A stretch of DNA of 64,000 nt from positions 12,876 to 76,875 of the forward strand of contig JBBTUL010000013.1 of NCBI GenBank assembly GCA_038063755.1, written 5' to 3'. Below the pieces are notes generated by a model, which worked only from the letters and a program-made list of their open reading frames with translations, had not been told where the DNA came from and ran no database searches. Below, piece by piece: positions 45,955 to 56,721 of this stretch. Position 1 is the stretch's first letter. Each line of letters begins with the position of its first letter. Both the position numbers and the translations under genes were made by a program. Source of the DNA: Patescibacteria group bacterium (GTDB lineage Bacteria; Patescibacteriota; Minisyncoccia; UBA6257; 2-01-FULL-56-20).

Positions 45955-47361
45955 ATGCACAGCGACTATGGTGAGTATGAAGAGCGCGAACTGCCGTCAC
46001 CACCGCATTGGACGAAGGCTCTTGGCGTGGGAATTGTCATTACCGGTCTTGCCATGGGGACAGGTGAACTTATTCTTTGGCCGCATCTAGTTACAAAATA
46101 CGGGTTAAATATTTTATGGACTGCGGTCTTGGGGCTTACTTTTCAGTATTTCATCAACCAAGAAGTAGCCCGTCATGCGCTTGCGACGGGAGAAAGCTTT
46201 TTCACTACATCCTCAAGGCTTTTTAAGTGGTTTGCGCCGTTTTGGATGCTTTCCGCCGCGCTTTTGTATGTTTGGCCTGGGTGGGCGGGAGCAATCGGAA
46301 CGACGCTCAAAGAGCTTTTCGGATTTGGTACATATCTAGGGTGGGCCCTTGCGAGCCTGGCGCTTGTTCTCGTGTTCACTTTTTTAGGGAAAGCGGCTTA
46401 TTCAGTTCTTGAAAAGTCTCTCAAGATAACTGTTCCGGCGTTTTTTGTTTTGCTTCTTATCGCAAGCTTCTTAAATCTTTCGGTCGAAGATCTGAAGCTT
46501 CTCCTTCGCGGCGCATCAGACTTTGGGTTTATGCCGACAGATATTAATATTCCGGTTCTCTTGGGAGCGATCGTTTTTGCCGGTGCGGGAGGACTCCTAA
46601 ATTTGTGTGTCTCGCTCTGGTATCGCGATAAGCAGGTCGGCATGGGCCATTATGTGGGAAGAATCATAAATCCGATTACGGGGAAGACAGAGGCGGTTTC
46701 GCATCAGGGATATCGTTTCCAGATAAACGAAGAGAATCTCGGACGATGGAAAAAGTGGATGCGTTTTGTGCGTATTGACCAGGGGATCATCTTTTGGCTT
46801 CTTGGGCTTATAACTCTTTTGCTTTTGAGCGTAAATGCCTACGTGACACTTACTCCTCTTGGACTTATTCCGCAGGGGACTGACGTTGCCGTGGTACAGG
46901 CTCATATTTTCGGAAATCAGTGGGGAAAGCCAGGGTTCAATCTTTTCTTGGTGATGGCATTCCTTATGCTTTTTTCCGTGATGTGGACCGTAATAGACGC
47001 CTTCACGAGAATCGTGACCGATATACTTTTTGTGAATTCGCGGACGGGACCGTTTAAAAAGTACCTCTCCTGGATCCAGGGAGTTTCAATACACAAGCTT
47101 TATTACACGCTTATCGTTGCGATCATAGCAGTAAGCGCGATGCTTTTACCGCTTAAACAGCCGCTCATGCTTCTTACGGTAAGCGCCGTTTTAGGGGGGT
47201 TTACCATGGCGATATATGTACCGATCATTCTCTATCTCAACAATACAAGCCTTCCCAAGCAGTTGCGTCCCGGACTAGTTACGAATTTCATGATGATCGT
47301 GGCAGCGCTCTTCTACGCATACTTTGCGGTTTCGATCAGCATCACGTATCTATTCGGGTAG
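45955..47361 (+). CDS. Nramp-family divalent metal transporter (MntH-like)
   Basis: 468 aa, 11-12 TM helices, with the Nramp-like N-terminus ..GLAMGTGELILWPH.. The long upstream in-frame extension was rejected because it is Arg-rich and non-protein-like. Confidence 0.65.
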   Translation: MHSDYGEYEERELPSPPHWTKALGVGIVITGLAMGTGELILWPHLVTKYGLNILWTAVLGLTFQYFINQEVARHALATGESFFTTSSRLFKWFAPFWMLSAALLYVWPGWAGAIGTTLKELFGFGTYLGWALASLALVLVFTFLGKAAYSVLEKSLKITVPAFFVLLLIASFLNLSVEDLKLLLRGASDFGFMPTDINIPVLLGAIVFAGAGGLLNLCVSLWYRDKQVGMGHYVGRIINPITGKTEAVSHQGYRFQINEENLGRWKKWMRFVRIDQGIIFWLLGLITLLLLSVNAYVTLTPLGLIPQGTDVAVVQAHIFGNQWGKPGFNLFLVMAFLMLFSVMWTVIDAFTRIVTDILFVNSRTGPFKKYLSWIQGVSIHKLYYTLIVAIIAVSAMLLPLKQPLMLLTVSAVLGGFTMAIYVPIILYLNNTSLPKQLRPGLVTNFMMIVAALFYAYFAVSISITYLFG

Positions 47362-47379
47362 GATTTCATCGCACAGAAA

Positions 47380-47967
47380 ATGCCAACCAAACACAGAGAA
47401 GCTCGTATAAAAAACGTTGTTGCCAGGCGAGAGGCGGGACTTGTTGTGGTCTTGGAAGACATCTTCGATCCGCATAATGCCGGAGCAATCTTTCGAACAT
47501 GTGACGCGCTTGGCATTCAGGAGGCGCACCTTGTTTTTAAAAGCGAAAAGCGCTTCAATCCGCGCCGAGTCGGACGCCGAAGCTCAAGTTCCGCAAATAA
47601 GTGGCTCACATTTCACGTTTATGCATCCATTCGCGATTGCATCGGAAAGCTTCGCAGAAGAGGATATGAAATTGTGGCAACTGCCCTTGATGGGGAAGCA
47701 GAAAATCTATACAACGCAAAATTTAAAAGGAAAAAAATAGCGCTCCTTGTTGGAAACGAACACAGGGGACTTTCGAAAGAGGCAATAGCTCTCGCATCTC
47801 GGAAGATCATGCTTCCTATGCGGGGGATGGTGGAGAGCCTGAACGTTTCCGTGTCAACTGCGATATTTCTCTACGAAATTGTTCGGAGCAGAACAAGCTC
47901 TCACCTTTCACGGAAGCTTTCATATAACGAATCAAAGCACCTTTTAAAAGAGCTCCTGGAGCGCTAG
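47380..47967 (+). CDS. SpoU/TrmH-family RNA 2'-O-methyltransferase
   Basis: VVVLEDIFDPHNAGAIFRTCDALG and ..LLVGNEHRGLS.. SPOUT motifs. Confidence 0.8.
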   Translation: MPTKHREARIKNVVARREAGLVVVLEDIFDPHNAGAIFRTCDALGIQEAHLVFKSEKRFNPRRVGRRSSSSANKWLTFHVYASIRDCIGKLRRRGYEIVATALDGEAENLYNAKFKRKKIALLVGNEHRGLSKEAIALASRKIMLPMRGMVESLNVSVSTAIFLYEIVRSRTSSHLSRKLSYNESKHLLKELLER

Positions 47968-47996
47968 GGGCGGATGCCAAGGGGCGGTGCAAGGGC

Positions 47997-48024
47997 TTGA
48001 CATACCCCCCCTGGGGTATACAAT
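47997..48024 (+). promoter_or_regulatory. csoR-copA promoter (TTGACA-16-TACAAT) with a CsoR-type operator (TACCCC-ccct-GGGGTA) in the spacer
   Basis: -35 at 47997-48002, C7/G4 pseudo-palindrome at 48003-48018, -10 TACAAT at 48019-48024, ATG at 48034. Confidence 0.5.
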
Positions 48025-48033
48025 AAGCGCATC

Positions 48034-48297
48034 ATGCAAAAAAACAAAGAGAAGATTATCCGGCGGCTCAAAATCATCGAAGGGCAAGTGCGCGGACTTC
48101 AGAAGATGGTTGGAGGTGGAAAATATTGTATCGACATAATTACACAGACGTCAGCGGTAAAACAGGCACTTTCGAACGTTGAAGATGTTTTGCTTGAGAG
48201 CCACCTAGGGACATGCGCTCTTCGTCAGGTAAGGTCCGGCGATATCGAAACAGCAAAAAAAGAAATCCTCAAGGTCTACAAGCTCAAACGAAAATAA
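48034..48297 (+). CDS. csoR: CsoR/RcnR-family metal-sensing transcriptional repressor
   Basis: ..[30 protein letters not shown].. with the conserved Cys and His ligands. Confidence 0.8.
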   Translation: MQKNKEKIIRRLKIIEGQVRGLQKMVGGGKYCIDIITQTSAVKQALSNVEDVLLESHLGTCALRQVRSGDIETAKKEILKVYKLKRK

Positions 48298-48299
48298 TT

Positions 48300-50546
48300 A
48301 TGGAAGAAATTTATAAAGTTAAAGGGATGCATTGCGCCTCGTGCGCAGCGGTTATAGAGAAAACTTTAAAAAAACAAGAAGGGGTGTCTTCGATCTCTGT
48401 AAATTATGCGTCTGAAACGGCGAAAATTTCTTTTGACAACGCGCAAACATCACTTACAAAATTGAGCGGAGCAATCGCTTCTCTTGGGTATTCGCTCAGT
48501 GAACGGAGAGGAGGCGGTGAAGCAGAGAAGTCCGATGCGCGTGATGAGTTCGGCGATCTTCGTTACGCAGTAAGAGTTTCTTTTCCGCTTGTCGTGGTCA
48601 CCGCGGTGATCATGACATTGGAATTGCTTGCGAATCCGTTCAAGGTTCTTCCCGAAATGCCTTCCGCGGTAGGCGAGCTTTTTCACCACCTGCTTCCTGT
48701 CATGGCGACGTATGTGCTCTTTGCGATTGGAAGACAGTACTTAAAAGGGCTTTGGATGTTTTTGCGAAGCGGAATGGCCAACATGGACACCCTTATCGGC
48801 ATGGGAACTCTTGCCGCATTCGTTTATAGTTTTATCGTTTCCTCGTTTGAAGAGCCGCTGCGAAGATTTGTTGACACCGATGTTCTTTACTATGATGTCG
48901 TGATTATTGTGGTGGGCCTCATCACGCTTGGGAAGTATCTTGAAGCTCGTGCAAAACTCCGCACCGGAGACGCAATCAAGAGCCTGCTTGGGCTTCAGGT
49001 GAAAACTGCGTTGGTGATGCGAGATGGCGAGGAGCGTGAGATTTCGATTTCAGAGGTTGTTCATGGCGACGAGGTTCTCGTAAAACCCGGAATGAAGATT
49101 CCCGTCGACGGACGAGTGATAAGAGGGTTTTCGTACGTTGATGAGTCGATGCTTACCGGAGAATCGATGCCGGTTGCCAAAAAAGAAGGCGATACGATCT
49201 CGGCGGGAACCATGAATACGTCGGGAGCATTCATGTTTCGCGCGACTGGCATCGGAAAGGAGACACTACTTGCCCATATTATCGCGATGGTTGAGGATGC
49301 GCAGGGCAGTAAAGCATCCATCGAGCGTCTAACCGACAAGGTTTCAGCAATCTTTGTACCGATCGTTTTGGGTATCGCTGGCATCACGCTTATTGCATGG
49401 CTTGTTTTAGGGACAAGCGCATTCGGGTTCGGGCAGGCGCTTTCCTTCGGATTGGTTTCTTTCGTAGGAGTTTTGGTTATCGCTTGTCCTTGTGCGCTCG
49501 GTCTTGCGACCCCGACGGCAATTATCGTGGGCGTTGGAAAGGGAGCGACGAACGGGATTCTCATTAAAAACGCAGAAGTGCTTGAAAAGTTATATTCTGT
49601 TTCGGCTCTCGTAATAGACAAAACAGGAACGATCACAATGGGCAAGCCGACAGTCGTGTCGTTTTTGAATGCGTCTGATCTTTCAGACGATGAGGTGATA
49701 ACCGTACTCGCTTCGCTTGAGAAGCAGTCAGGGCACCCGATTGCCGAGGCGATTCTCGAATATGCAAAAGAAAAAGGAATTCTTCCAAAAGACGTTTCAA
49801 ATTTCCTTCATGTTTCGGGAAGGGGTGTGAAGGGGAGTTTCGGCGAAAAGGAATACGTTCTAGGAAACGAGGCATTCATGAAAGAGCAAGGTGTATTGAT
49901 CGATCGGACGAAGATAAATCTTTCAGAGACTCCTGCAACAGTCATGTTCCTCGGCGAGAACGGAAAGCTTTTTGCGGCGATTTCGGTCGGCGACAAGATT
50001 AAGCCGGAAGCAAAAGACGCAATTGCTGTGTTGCACCGCATGGGCGTTCGGGTGGTGATGGCTACGGGGGACAATGAACCAATCGCGCAAGCGGTTGCCC
50101 GTGAGGTCGGAATAGACGAGGTCATCGCAGAAGCTCTTCCGGAGACGAAACAGATAAAAGTAAGAGAATTACAGGAGAAGGGGATGATCGTCGCCGTTGC
50201 AGGAGATGGCGTAAACGACGCTCCAGCGCTTGCGGCGGCAAACGTCGGTATCGCGATGAGTACCGGGACGGATGCGGCAATCGAGACAAGCGATATTACA
50301 CTGCTTCATGGAGATATCCGCAAGATTGCTCAAGCCATAAGGCTTTCGAAGTTGACGATGCGGACCATAAGACAAAATCTTTTTTGGGCGTTTGTTTATA
50401 ATGTGGTAGGCATCCCGCTTGCAGCCGGTCTGTTTTATCCTCTTTTTGGATGGCTTCTTTCGCCGGTGTTTGCAGGACTTGCGATGGCGTTTTCAAGCGT
50501 TTCGGTTATTTCTAATTCATTGCGCCTCAAGGCAAGAAAAGTATAA
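48300..50546 (+). CDS. copA: copper-translocating P1B-type ATPase
   Basis: N-terminal HMA ([15 protein letters not shown]), TM CPC motif (ACPCALG), DKTGTIT, and GDGVNDAP. Confidence 0.95.
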   Translation: MEEIYKVKGMHCASCAAVIEKTLKKQEGVSSISVNYASETAKISFDNAQTSLTKLSGAIASLGYSLSERRGGGEAEKSDARDEFGDLRYAVRVSFPLVVVTAVIMTLELLANPFKVLPEMPSAVGELFHHLLPVMATYVLFAIGRQYLKGLWMFLRSGMANMDTLIGMGTLAAFVYSFIVSSFEEPLRRFVDTDVLYYDVVIIVVGLITLGKYLEARAKLRTGDAIKSLLGLQVKTALVMRDGEEREISISEVVHGDEVLVKPGMKIPVDGRVIRGFSYVDESMLTGESMPVAKKEGDTISAGTMNTSGAFMFRATGIGKETLLAHIIAMVEDAQGSKASIERLTDKVSAIFVPIVLGIAGITLIAWLVLGTSAFGFGQALSFGLVSFVGVLVIACPCALGLATPTAIIVGVGKGATNGILIKNAEVLEKLYSVSALVIDKTGTITMGKPTVVSFLNASDLSDDEVITVLASLEKQSGHPIAEAILEYAKEKGILPKDVSNFLHVSGRGVKGSFGEKEYVLGNEAFMKEQGVLIDRTKINLSETPATVMFLGENGKLFAAISVGDKIKPEAKDAIAVLHRMGVRVVMATGDNEPIAQAVAREVGIDEVIAEALPETKQIKVRELQEKGMIVAVAGDGVNDAPALAAANVGIAMSTGTDAAIETSDITLLHGDIRKIAQAIRLSKLTMRTIRQNLFWAFVYNVVGIPLAAGLFYPLFGWLLSPVFAGLAMAFSSVSVISNSLRLKARKV

Positions 50547-50550
50547 AAAA

Positions 50551-51573
50551 ATGGAAGAGCAAAAATACACATTTCATGTTCAGGGAATGCATTGCGCATC
50601 GTGCGTCGTGCTTATCGAGGATGTCCTAAAAGGGATTCCTGGAGTAGGCGGAGTCGCGGCAAATCTTTCCCGCCGAGAAGTTGTGGTTGTGGGGTTGCTC
50701 GGCGACGATGCGGAGGGGATCGCGAACGAGCTTTCGAAGCATATCGCGCCACACGGGTATACGCTCGCGGTTGAAAAAAAGAAGGCAAGCGTTGACTGGT
50801 CCGAGTTTTCCTATGCGATCCCTATTGCGGCGGCTCTCGTGATGGGCTTCGTCGCACTCCAAAAGTCCGGGGTGGTTGATTTGATTGACGCGTCGACCAT
50901 CGGATACGGGACCGCATTTTTCATAGGCGTTATTGCATCGCTCTCCACGTGTCTTGCTGTCGTGGGCGGACTCGTTCTTTCTGTTTCGGCGAATTACGCA
51001 AAAGGAGGAGATACGTGGCGACCGCAAGTGCTTTTTCATGCGAGCCGGATGGCGAGCTTTTTCATTCTTGGTGGAGCTATCGGAGCCCTTGGGACCATAT
51101 TCCGATTTGGTCCGAGCGGGAATCTTTTTTTGGGCCTTGTGGTTGGAATCGTAATGTTTCTTTTGGGATTGAATTTGCTTGATATATTCCATGCACCCAA
51201 AAAACTGCAAATCACCATGCCGAAACTTTTCGGCCGGGCCACCGCTGTGCATGCGAAAAGTTCACACATCCTTGCATCGCTCTCTCTTGGGGCGCTTACA
51301 TTTTTCCTTCCCTGCGGGTTCACGCAATCCATGCAGATATACACACTCACTACCGGGAGTTTTCTGCGGGGAGGGCTTATCATGCTTGCGTTCTCCTTAG
51401 GGACGTTTCCCGTTCTTGCACTGCTCTCATTCGGATCGCTCAAGATCACCTCCGGTCGCGCGCGACGGATATTTTTTAAAACCTCCGGCATCATCGTGAT
51501 GCTTCTCGCGCTTTGGGGTATTATAGGAGCACTGACCGCCGCAGGTTTCATTGATCCCATTATTACGCTTTAG
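50551..51573 (+). CDS. HMA-domain protein fused to a 6-TM membrane domain (putative metal permease, TauE/SafE- or DsbD_2-like)
   Basis: N-terminal HMA (GMHCASCVVLIEDVL), then about 6 TM helices containing CLAVVGG and LPCGFTQ. Confidence 0.6.
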   Translation: MEEQKYTFHVQGMHCASCVVLIEDVLKGIPGVGGVAANLSRREVVVVGLLGDDAEGIANELSKHIAPHGYTLAVEKKKASVDWSEFSYAIPIAAALVMGFVALQKSGVVDLIDASTIGYGTAFFIGVIASLSTCLAVVGGLVLSVSANYAKGGDTWRPQVLFHASRMASFFILGGAIGALGTIFRFGPSGNLFLGLVVGIVMFLLGLNLLDIFHAPKKLQITMPKLFGRATAVHAKSSHILASLSLGALTFFLPCGFTQSMQIYTLTTGSFLRGGLIMLAFSLGTFPVLALLSFGSLKITSGRARRIFFKTSGIIVMLLALWGIIGALTAAGFIDPIITL

Positions 51574-51577
51574 CTCT

Positions 51578-51976
51578 ATGACCAATAAAATCGCACTATC
51601 TATTATTCTCGCCGCCATGTTTGTGGGCGGGGCGATATATCTCTCAAGCGGAAGCGGATCTGCTGGGCGAGAGGTCGAAGGAGGGTCCGAGGGTGTTTCT
51701 GTGGAAAACGGAGTGCAAATGATCGACCTTGCTGCAAAGGGAGGATATTATCCGAAAAAGATCGTTGCGAAGGCTGGAATCCCTACGACGCTTCGTGTAA
51801 GAACGAAAAACACGTTTGATTGTTCTTCGGCGCTTATCATTCCTTCGATTAAATATCAAAAGAATCTTTCATCAACCGGAGAAGAGCTTATAACGATTCC
51901 GGTTGAAAGGGCGACGGGAACGCTCCGAGGAACGTGTTCGATGGGGATGTATGGTTTTGAGATCGCATTTCGTTGA
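51578..51976 (+). CDS. cupredoxin-like (plastocyanin/azurin-type) copper-binding secreted protein
   Basis: Signal anchor, ..YYPKKIVAKAGIPTTLRV..C..H-less loop ..GTCSMGMYGFEI. Carries the C...C..M ligand pattern of small cupredoxins. Confidence 0.5.
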   Translation: MTNKIALSIILAAMFVGGAIYLSSGSGSAGREVEGGSEGVSVENGVQMIDLAAKGGYYPKKIVAKAGIPTTLRVRTKNTFDCSSALIIPSIKYQKNLSSTGEELITIPVERATGTLRGTCSMGMYGFEIAFR

Positions 51977-52037
51977 TTTTGTGGGGATTGCGGTTCTCAT
52001 CCGAAAACGCCAATATTAGTTTGAAAATAAAAGTTTT

Positions 52038-53318
52038 ATGAAAAATAGAGCTTCGAATATATTTCATGAAGTACGTGTTGCGATCCGTGTTGGATGGTTT
52101 CTTGCGTTGCGCCAGGTTCGCCGAGCGAATATTTGGACGAATGTTCTCGTGATCGCCATCATGGCGCTCACGTTTTTAAACCTCGTCGTAGTGAGCGGCA
52201 TCCTTGTGGGGCTTATTGAGGGGTCCGTGAAAACTATCAAAACGCATTATCTCGGAGATGTTTTTATTTCTACCCCCAAAGGGAAAAACTTTATTCAGCA
52301 TAGCCAGGACATTGTAAAAACAGCGGAAAATATTCCGGGAGTTGTTGCGGTGAGCGCTCGGTACCTTGAGGGTGGCATTGTCGAAGAGGATTATAAAAAA
52401 ACGAAAAAACCAGGAGATTCCGGAAATGAAGTTGGGACGAATATTACAGGAATCGATCCCGACTCCGAGAATCGAGCGTCAGATCTTGCACGCCTTGTGG
52501 TTGAGGGGGAGTACCTTTCTCCCGATGACTACGATCAAGTTCTTGTTGGGTCGCTTCTCCTAAAAAAATATCTTGATTTCGAGTCGCCGAACTTTCCGGT
52601 GCTCGAGCGCGCGGATATTGGAACGAAAATCAGAATTACTCTCGGCGGGAACACGAGAGAGGTTACGGTAAAAGGGATTATAAAGAGTAAGGCAGATGAA
52701 CTTGATCGAAGGATTTTTATGGTAGATCGGCAATTTCGAAACATCACAAACCGTTTCGACTATAATGCCGACGAAATTGTTATCCGCATTGCGCCCGGCG
52801 TGGATTCTAAGGCGGTGCGCGACGCGATTTTAGCAACAGGTGCGGGAGCATACGCGAGAGTACAAACCGCAGAGGAGGGTGAGCCAAAGTTCGTGAAAGA
52901 CATGAAAAAGACATTTAACATGCTGGGAACGGTGATTAGTTCAATCGGGCTTGTTGTCGCGGCAATCACCATTTTCATCGTTATTTTTATCAATGCCATT
53001 ACGCGGAGAAAGTTTATCGGGATTCTTAAGGGAATTGGGATTAACGCCCTTGCGATTGAAATTGCGTACGTACTCCAATCAGTGTTTTACGCGATTCTTG
53101 GCACTGCTCTTGGTGTGGCATTTGTTTTTGGGTTTTTAAAGCCATACTTGGACGTGCATCCAATAAATTTCCCTTTTAGCGATGGAATACTGGTAGCGAC
53201 ACTCGACGGGACGCTCCTTCGTGTTGCGGCGCTTTTCATAGCAACGCTCATCGCTGGGTATATTCCCGCAAGGATTGTTACGAAACAGAACACGCTTGAC
53301 GCGATCTTAAATCGATAA
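52038..53318 (+). CDS. ABC transporter permease, FtsX/MacB-like
   Basis: N-terminal TM, a large extracytoplasmic domain, and three C-terminal TM helices. Confidence 0.75.
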   Translation: MKNRASNIFHEVRVAIRVGWFLALRQVRRANIWTNVLVIAIMALTFLNLVVVSGILVGLIEGSVKTIKTHYLGDVFISTPKGKNFIQHSQDIVKTAENIPGVVAVSARYLEGGIVEEDYKKTKKPGDSGNEVGTNITGIDPDSENRASDLARLVVEGEYLSPDDYDQVLVGSLLLKKYLDFESPNFPVLERADIGTKIRITLGGNTREVTVKGIIKSKADELDRRIFMVDRQFRNITNRFDYNADEIVIRIAPGVDSKAVRDAILATGAGAYARVQTAEEGEPKFVKDMKKTFNMLGTVISSIGLVVAAITIFIVIFINAITRRKFIGILKGIGINALAIEIAYVLQSVFYAILGTALGVAFVFGFLKPYLDVHPINFPFSDGILVATLDGTLLRVAALFIATLIAGYIPARIVTKQNTLDAILNR

Positions 53319-53323
53319 CGGCC

Positions 53324-54028
53324 ATGAAAAGAAAAGTCGTCATAGACGCAGAAAATCTCATACGGACCTACAAAAGCGGCGATGCCGAAGTCAAGGTTCT
53401 TCGCGGACTATCGCTCCAGGTGCAAGAGGGCGAGTTCGTTTCTATCATTGGCAGGTCTGGATCCGGCAAGAGCACGCTTCTTTATCAGTTGAGCCTCCTC
53501 GACGTGCCAACGTCGGGAAGGGTTTTTGTCGACGGCGTCGACACATCAACATTTTCCGAGGAGGAGAGGACGAGGGTGCGACTAAACGAGATGGGATATA
53601 TTTTTCAAGACTACGCACTGGTTCCAGAGCTTACCGCGGAGGAAAACGTTGTTATCCCGCTTCTCATGCAGGACATCGAGACTAGGGAAGCGCGAAGACG
53701 GGCAAGGGTAGTCTTGGAGAAAGTTGGTTTGCTGCATCGACTGAAGAATCTTCCGAATCAGCTTTCTGGGGGTGAGCAGCAACGAGTCGCAATCGCCCGG
53801 GCACTAGGACACAGCCCCAAAATCATTTTTGCGGACGAACCGACTGCGAATCTTGACAACGAAACTTCGCTCGTCATCCTCGAACTCTTTAAGCAGCTGC
53901 ACAAGGAAGGGCAAACGATTATCATGGTTACGCACGAAAGGGAATATACTGCAGAAACCGATCGAGTTATCAAGATTTTTGATGGAAGCATCGTCTTCGA
54001 GGGTTCACCGAAAGAGCTTCGAGAGTAG
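53324..54028 (+). CDS. ABC transporter ATP-binding protein (MacB/LolD-type)
   Basis: Walker A GRSGSGKST, signature LSGGEQQRVAIARAL, Walker B IIFADEPT. Confidence 0.9.
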   Translation: MKRKVVIDAENLIRTYKSGDAEVKVLRGLSLQVQEGEFVSIIGRSGSGKSTLLYQLSLLDVPTSGRVFVDGVDTSTFSEEERTRVRLNEMGYIFQDYALVPELTAEENVVIPLLMQDIETREARRRARVVLEKVGLLHRLKNLPNQLSGGEQQRVAIARALGHSPKIIFADEPTANLDNETSLVILELFKQLHKEGQTIIMVTHEREYTAETDRVIKIFDGSIVFEGSPKELRE

Positions 54029-54052
54029 GGATGTTTTCGGTATTTAACTCGG

Positions 54053-55510
54053 TTAAGACAGGCTATCGAGATCTAACACTTCATCGATTCTGATCTTTTT
54101 CACAAACTCCGGAACGTGGCTTACAAGAATCATCGCTCCCCGGTATTCGTCGAGCGCTTTTGCGATGATCGGGAGGTGCCGGAAATTTATATGGTTCGTT
54201 GGTTCGTCAAGAATAAGAAGCCCCGGTTTTTGAAGTACGAGACAGGCAAACATCACAAGGCCTTTTTGTCCTTCGGAAAGACTACCGACCGTGCTCTTTA
54301 AAATTTCAGCGTTTAAAAGGAATCCTGCGGCAGTTGAGCGAAGTGTTTGCTCGGTTCCGTCTTTCGTCGCCGCAAGAAGCGAGCGATACACCGTTTCCTT
54401 CGGGTCAAGCGTTGAAAAGTCCTGACGGTAATAGCCGACATGAATTCCTGGCGCAATTTCTGACCCGCGAGCTTCACCCGAGGCGATTTTTTGAAGCAAG
54501 GTCGTTTTTCCGATGCCGTTCGGACCTGAGAGGAGAAGGTGTGCGTTGCGCTTGAGAGTAACACTCACTTTCTTTTCGCTCACACTTCCGTGCGCGACAA
54601 CCGATACGGATTTTATCGTAATAATTTGTCCCGAGACATCTTCTTGACAGGGGATCGTGAAGTGGCGGATAGTTTTGTCTTCCTTGCGCATATCAACCTT
54701 CTCCTCGTCGAGATCCACAATTTTCTCGCGCATTTTTCGAGCAACGTCGCGCATGTGGCCTCCTTTCTGGGCGAAAAAATTTGCTTGTTCTTTCCGGTGG
54801 GAGATGTCTTTTTCAAGACGGACGTTTTTCATTCGCTCACGTTCGATTCGCGCCGCGATCTCCTCAATCACCTTGTTGTAGTTTCCGGTGTATTGTTCGA
54901 CCTGATGCGTAAAGACGTCGAGATAAAGTACGCCTGATGTAAATGAATTCAAAAAGTCAGCATCGTGGGAAATAACAATGCATGTTTTTTCATAGCCCCT
55001 CAGGAACTCAGCAAGATGGGCCAGGCCCTCAGGATCGAGATTGTTTGTTGGTTCGTCGAGAAGGAGAAGGTCCGGATTCTGAATGAGCGCTGACGCGAGA
55101 AGTAACCGCGCTTGCTGTCCGCCCGAGAAGGACTCTACCTTTCTATCAAGCGCGGCTGTAAGATGCACAACTTCAAGAACTTTTTCGACGCGAGGATCAA
55201 TATCGTACACCCTTTTTGAAAACATGGAAGAGAAAAATTCTCGGACAGTGAGATTGAGTTTTTCGGGAGGAATAACCTGTTTTGAGACGGCGATGCTTAG
55301 ATTGTCTTTTGTTGCGATAGTTCCTTCTTCTGGGCGCAAGGCGTTTGTAATAAGATTGAAAATCGTGCTTTTTCCCGCGCCGTTTTGACCCATAAGAGCG
55401 ACTTTTGATCCCTCCCGGAGCGAAAAGCTCGCATCCCTAAGAACGGGCTTGTTGAATCCATAGGAGAAAGAAACCGCGTTAAATTTTAATATGACTTCTT
55501 CTTTTGCCAT
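54053..55510 (-). CDS. ABC-F family ATPase (tandem ABC domains, no TM)
   Basis: Two Walker A motifs (GQNGAGKST and GPNGIGKTT) and two signature motifs (LSGGQQARL and LSEGQKGLV). Confidence 0.85.
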   Translation of the reverse strand: MAKEEVILKFNAVSFSYGFNKPVLRDASFSLREGSKVALMGQNGAGKSTIFNLITNALRPEEGTIATKDNLSIAVSKQVIPPEKLNLTVREFFSSMFSKRVYDIDPRVEKVLEVVHLTAALDRKVESFSGGQQARLLLASALIQNPDLLLLDEPTNNLDPEGLAHLAEFLRGYEKTCIVISHDADFLNSFTSGVLYLDVFTHQVEQYTGNYNKVIEEIAARIERERMKNVRLEKDISHRKEQANFFAQKGGHMRDVARKMREKIVDLDEEKVDMRKEDKTIRHFTIPCQEDVSGQIITIKSVSVVAHGSVSEKKVSVTLKRNAHLLLSGPNGIGKTTLLQKIASGEARGSEIAPGIHVGYYRQDFSTLDPKETVYRSLLAATKDGTEQTLRSTAAGFLLNAEILKSTVGSLSEGQKGLVMFACLVLQKPGLLILDEPTNHINFRHLPIIAKALDEYRGAMILVSHVPEFVKKIRIDEVLDLDSLS

Positions 55511-55589
55511 CTATGTATGATTAAGGCCTAAGGATAAAGATAAATAATCAGCCCGGCAAGGGGAGGCTGCCACGTGCGAGAAGAAAAAG

Positions 55590-56600
55590 CTACTTACCCC
55601 CCTTCGATTCCTTGATCGTCTCCGGTATCGCTACTGTTTTTTCGGAGACTTTGTCGAGCAGACGGCGCAGCGTAAGCATGCGATCATAGTCGTATATCGA
55701 GATAGAAATTATTTTTTTTACATTTTTAAGCTGAGCGAGTGATTTTATCGTTTTTGCAAGCGAGTCCTCGCCTACGGTATCGGTTTTCGTGAGGAGTATG
55801 TACTCGTCTTTTTCAAGGAGAAGGGGATTATAAGCGCCGAGCTCTTTTCGGATCGTTTTGTAGTCCACGATCGGGTTCTGCGATCCCGAATCTATAAAAT
55901 GAAAGATAATTCTTGTTCGTTCGATATGTCGGAGAAAGCGAATACCAAGCCCCTTTCCATAAGAGGCTCCATCAATCAGCCCGGGAATGTCGGCGAGAAT
56001 GAGGTTCTCATACACTCCGAGATTCGGTTCGAGCGTTGTAAAGGGATAGTTGGCGACTTTGCTGTTCGCGTTTGTGAGCTCGTTTAACAAGCTCGATTTT
56101 CCTGTATTCGGAAAACCGACAAAACCGATATCAGCGATGAGTTTCAGGTCGAGTTTTAATGCGAAGACTTCTCCTTGGAGTCCGGGTTGCGATTGTTTTG
56201 GGGTAGTGTTTATTGACGAGCGGTAATGGAAATTTCCCTTTCCGCCGTTTCCTCCTTTTGCAACAAGAAGTCGCTCGCCGATCGAGGTAAGCTCCGACAC
56301 GATGCCTGTCGCAAGATTAGAAACGACGGTTCCTCGCGGGACAAGGAGAGTAGTGTCTTCGCCGTTGTTCCCATCACGAAATGCCCCTCGTCCATCCCTA
56401 CCGTTTTCCGCGGAAAACTTTTTTGTCGTTCGAAAGCGGCGGAGTGCTCCAAGGTCGGAGACCGCTTCAAGGTATACGTTTCCGCCCCTGCCCCCGCTTC
56501 CTCCGGTCGGGCCAAGCGACATCTTGATTTTGCTAAAAGCGACCGCTCCAGCACCGCCTTTTCCCGCAGAGACCTCTATTGAGACGCTGTCGATAAGCAT
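55590..56600 (-). CDS. obg: GTPase Obg
   Basis: Obg-fold N-terminus rich in GGxGGxGG (AGKGGAGAVAF.., GPTGGSGGRGG) and the G-domain ADIGFVGFPNTGKSSLL. Confidence 0.9.
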   Translation of the reverse strand: MLIDSVSIEVSAGKGGAGAVAFSKIKMSLGPTGGSGGRGGNVYLEAVSDLGALRRFRTTKKFSAENGRDGRGAFRDGNNGEDTTLLVPRGTVVSNLATGIVSELTSIGERLLVAKGGNGGKGNFHYRSSINTTPKQSQPGLQGEVFALKLDLKLIADIGFVGFPNTGKSSLLNELTNANSKVANYPFTTLEPNLGVYENLILADIPGLIDGASYGKGLGIRFLRHIERTRIIFHFIDSGSQNPIVDYKTIRKELGAYNPLLLEKDEYILLTKTDTVGEDSLAKTIKSLAQLKNVKKIISISIYDYDRMLTLRRLLDKVSEKTVAIPETIKESKGGK

Positions 56601-56721
56601 GTGTGCAGTATAAGCCGATTTTCAAGAAAACACACCCTTTTTAACGCTTGAATCATTGCGTAGACATGCCTTTTTGTGGTATGAGAAGCGCAGTGGCTTT
56701 ATAGCTGAATATGGAGGAATC

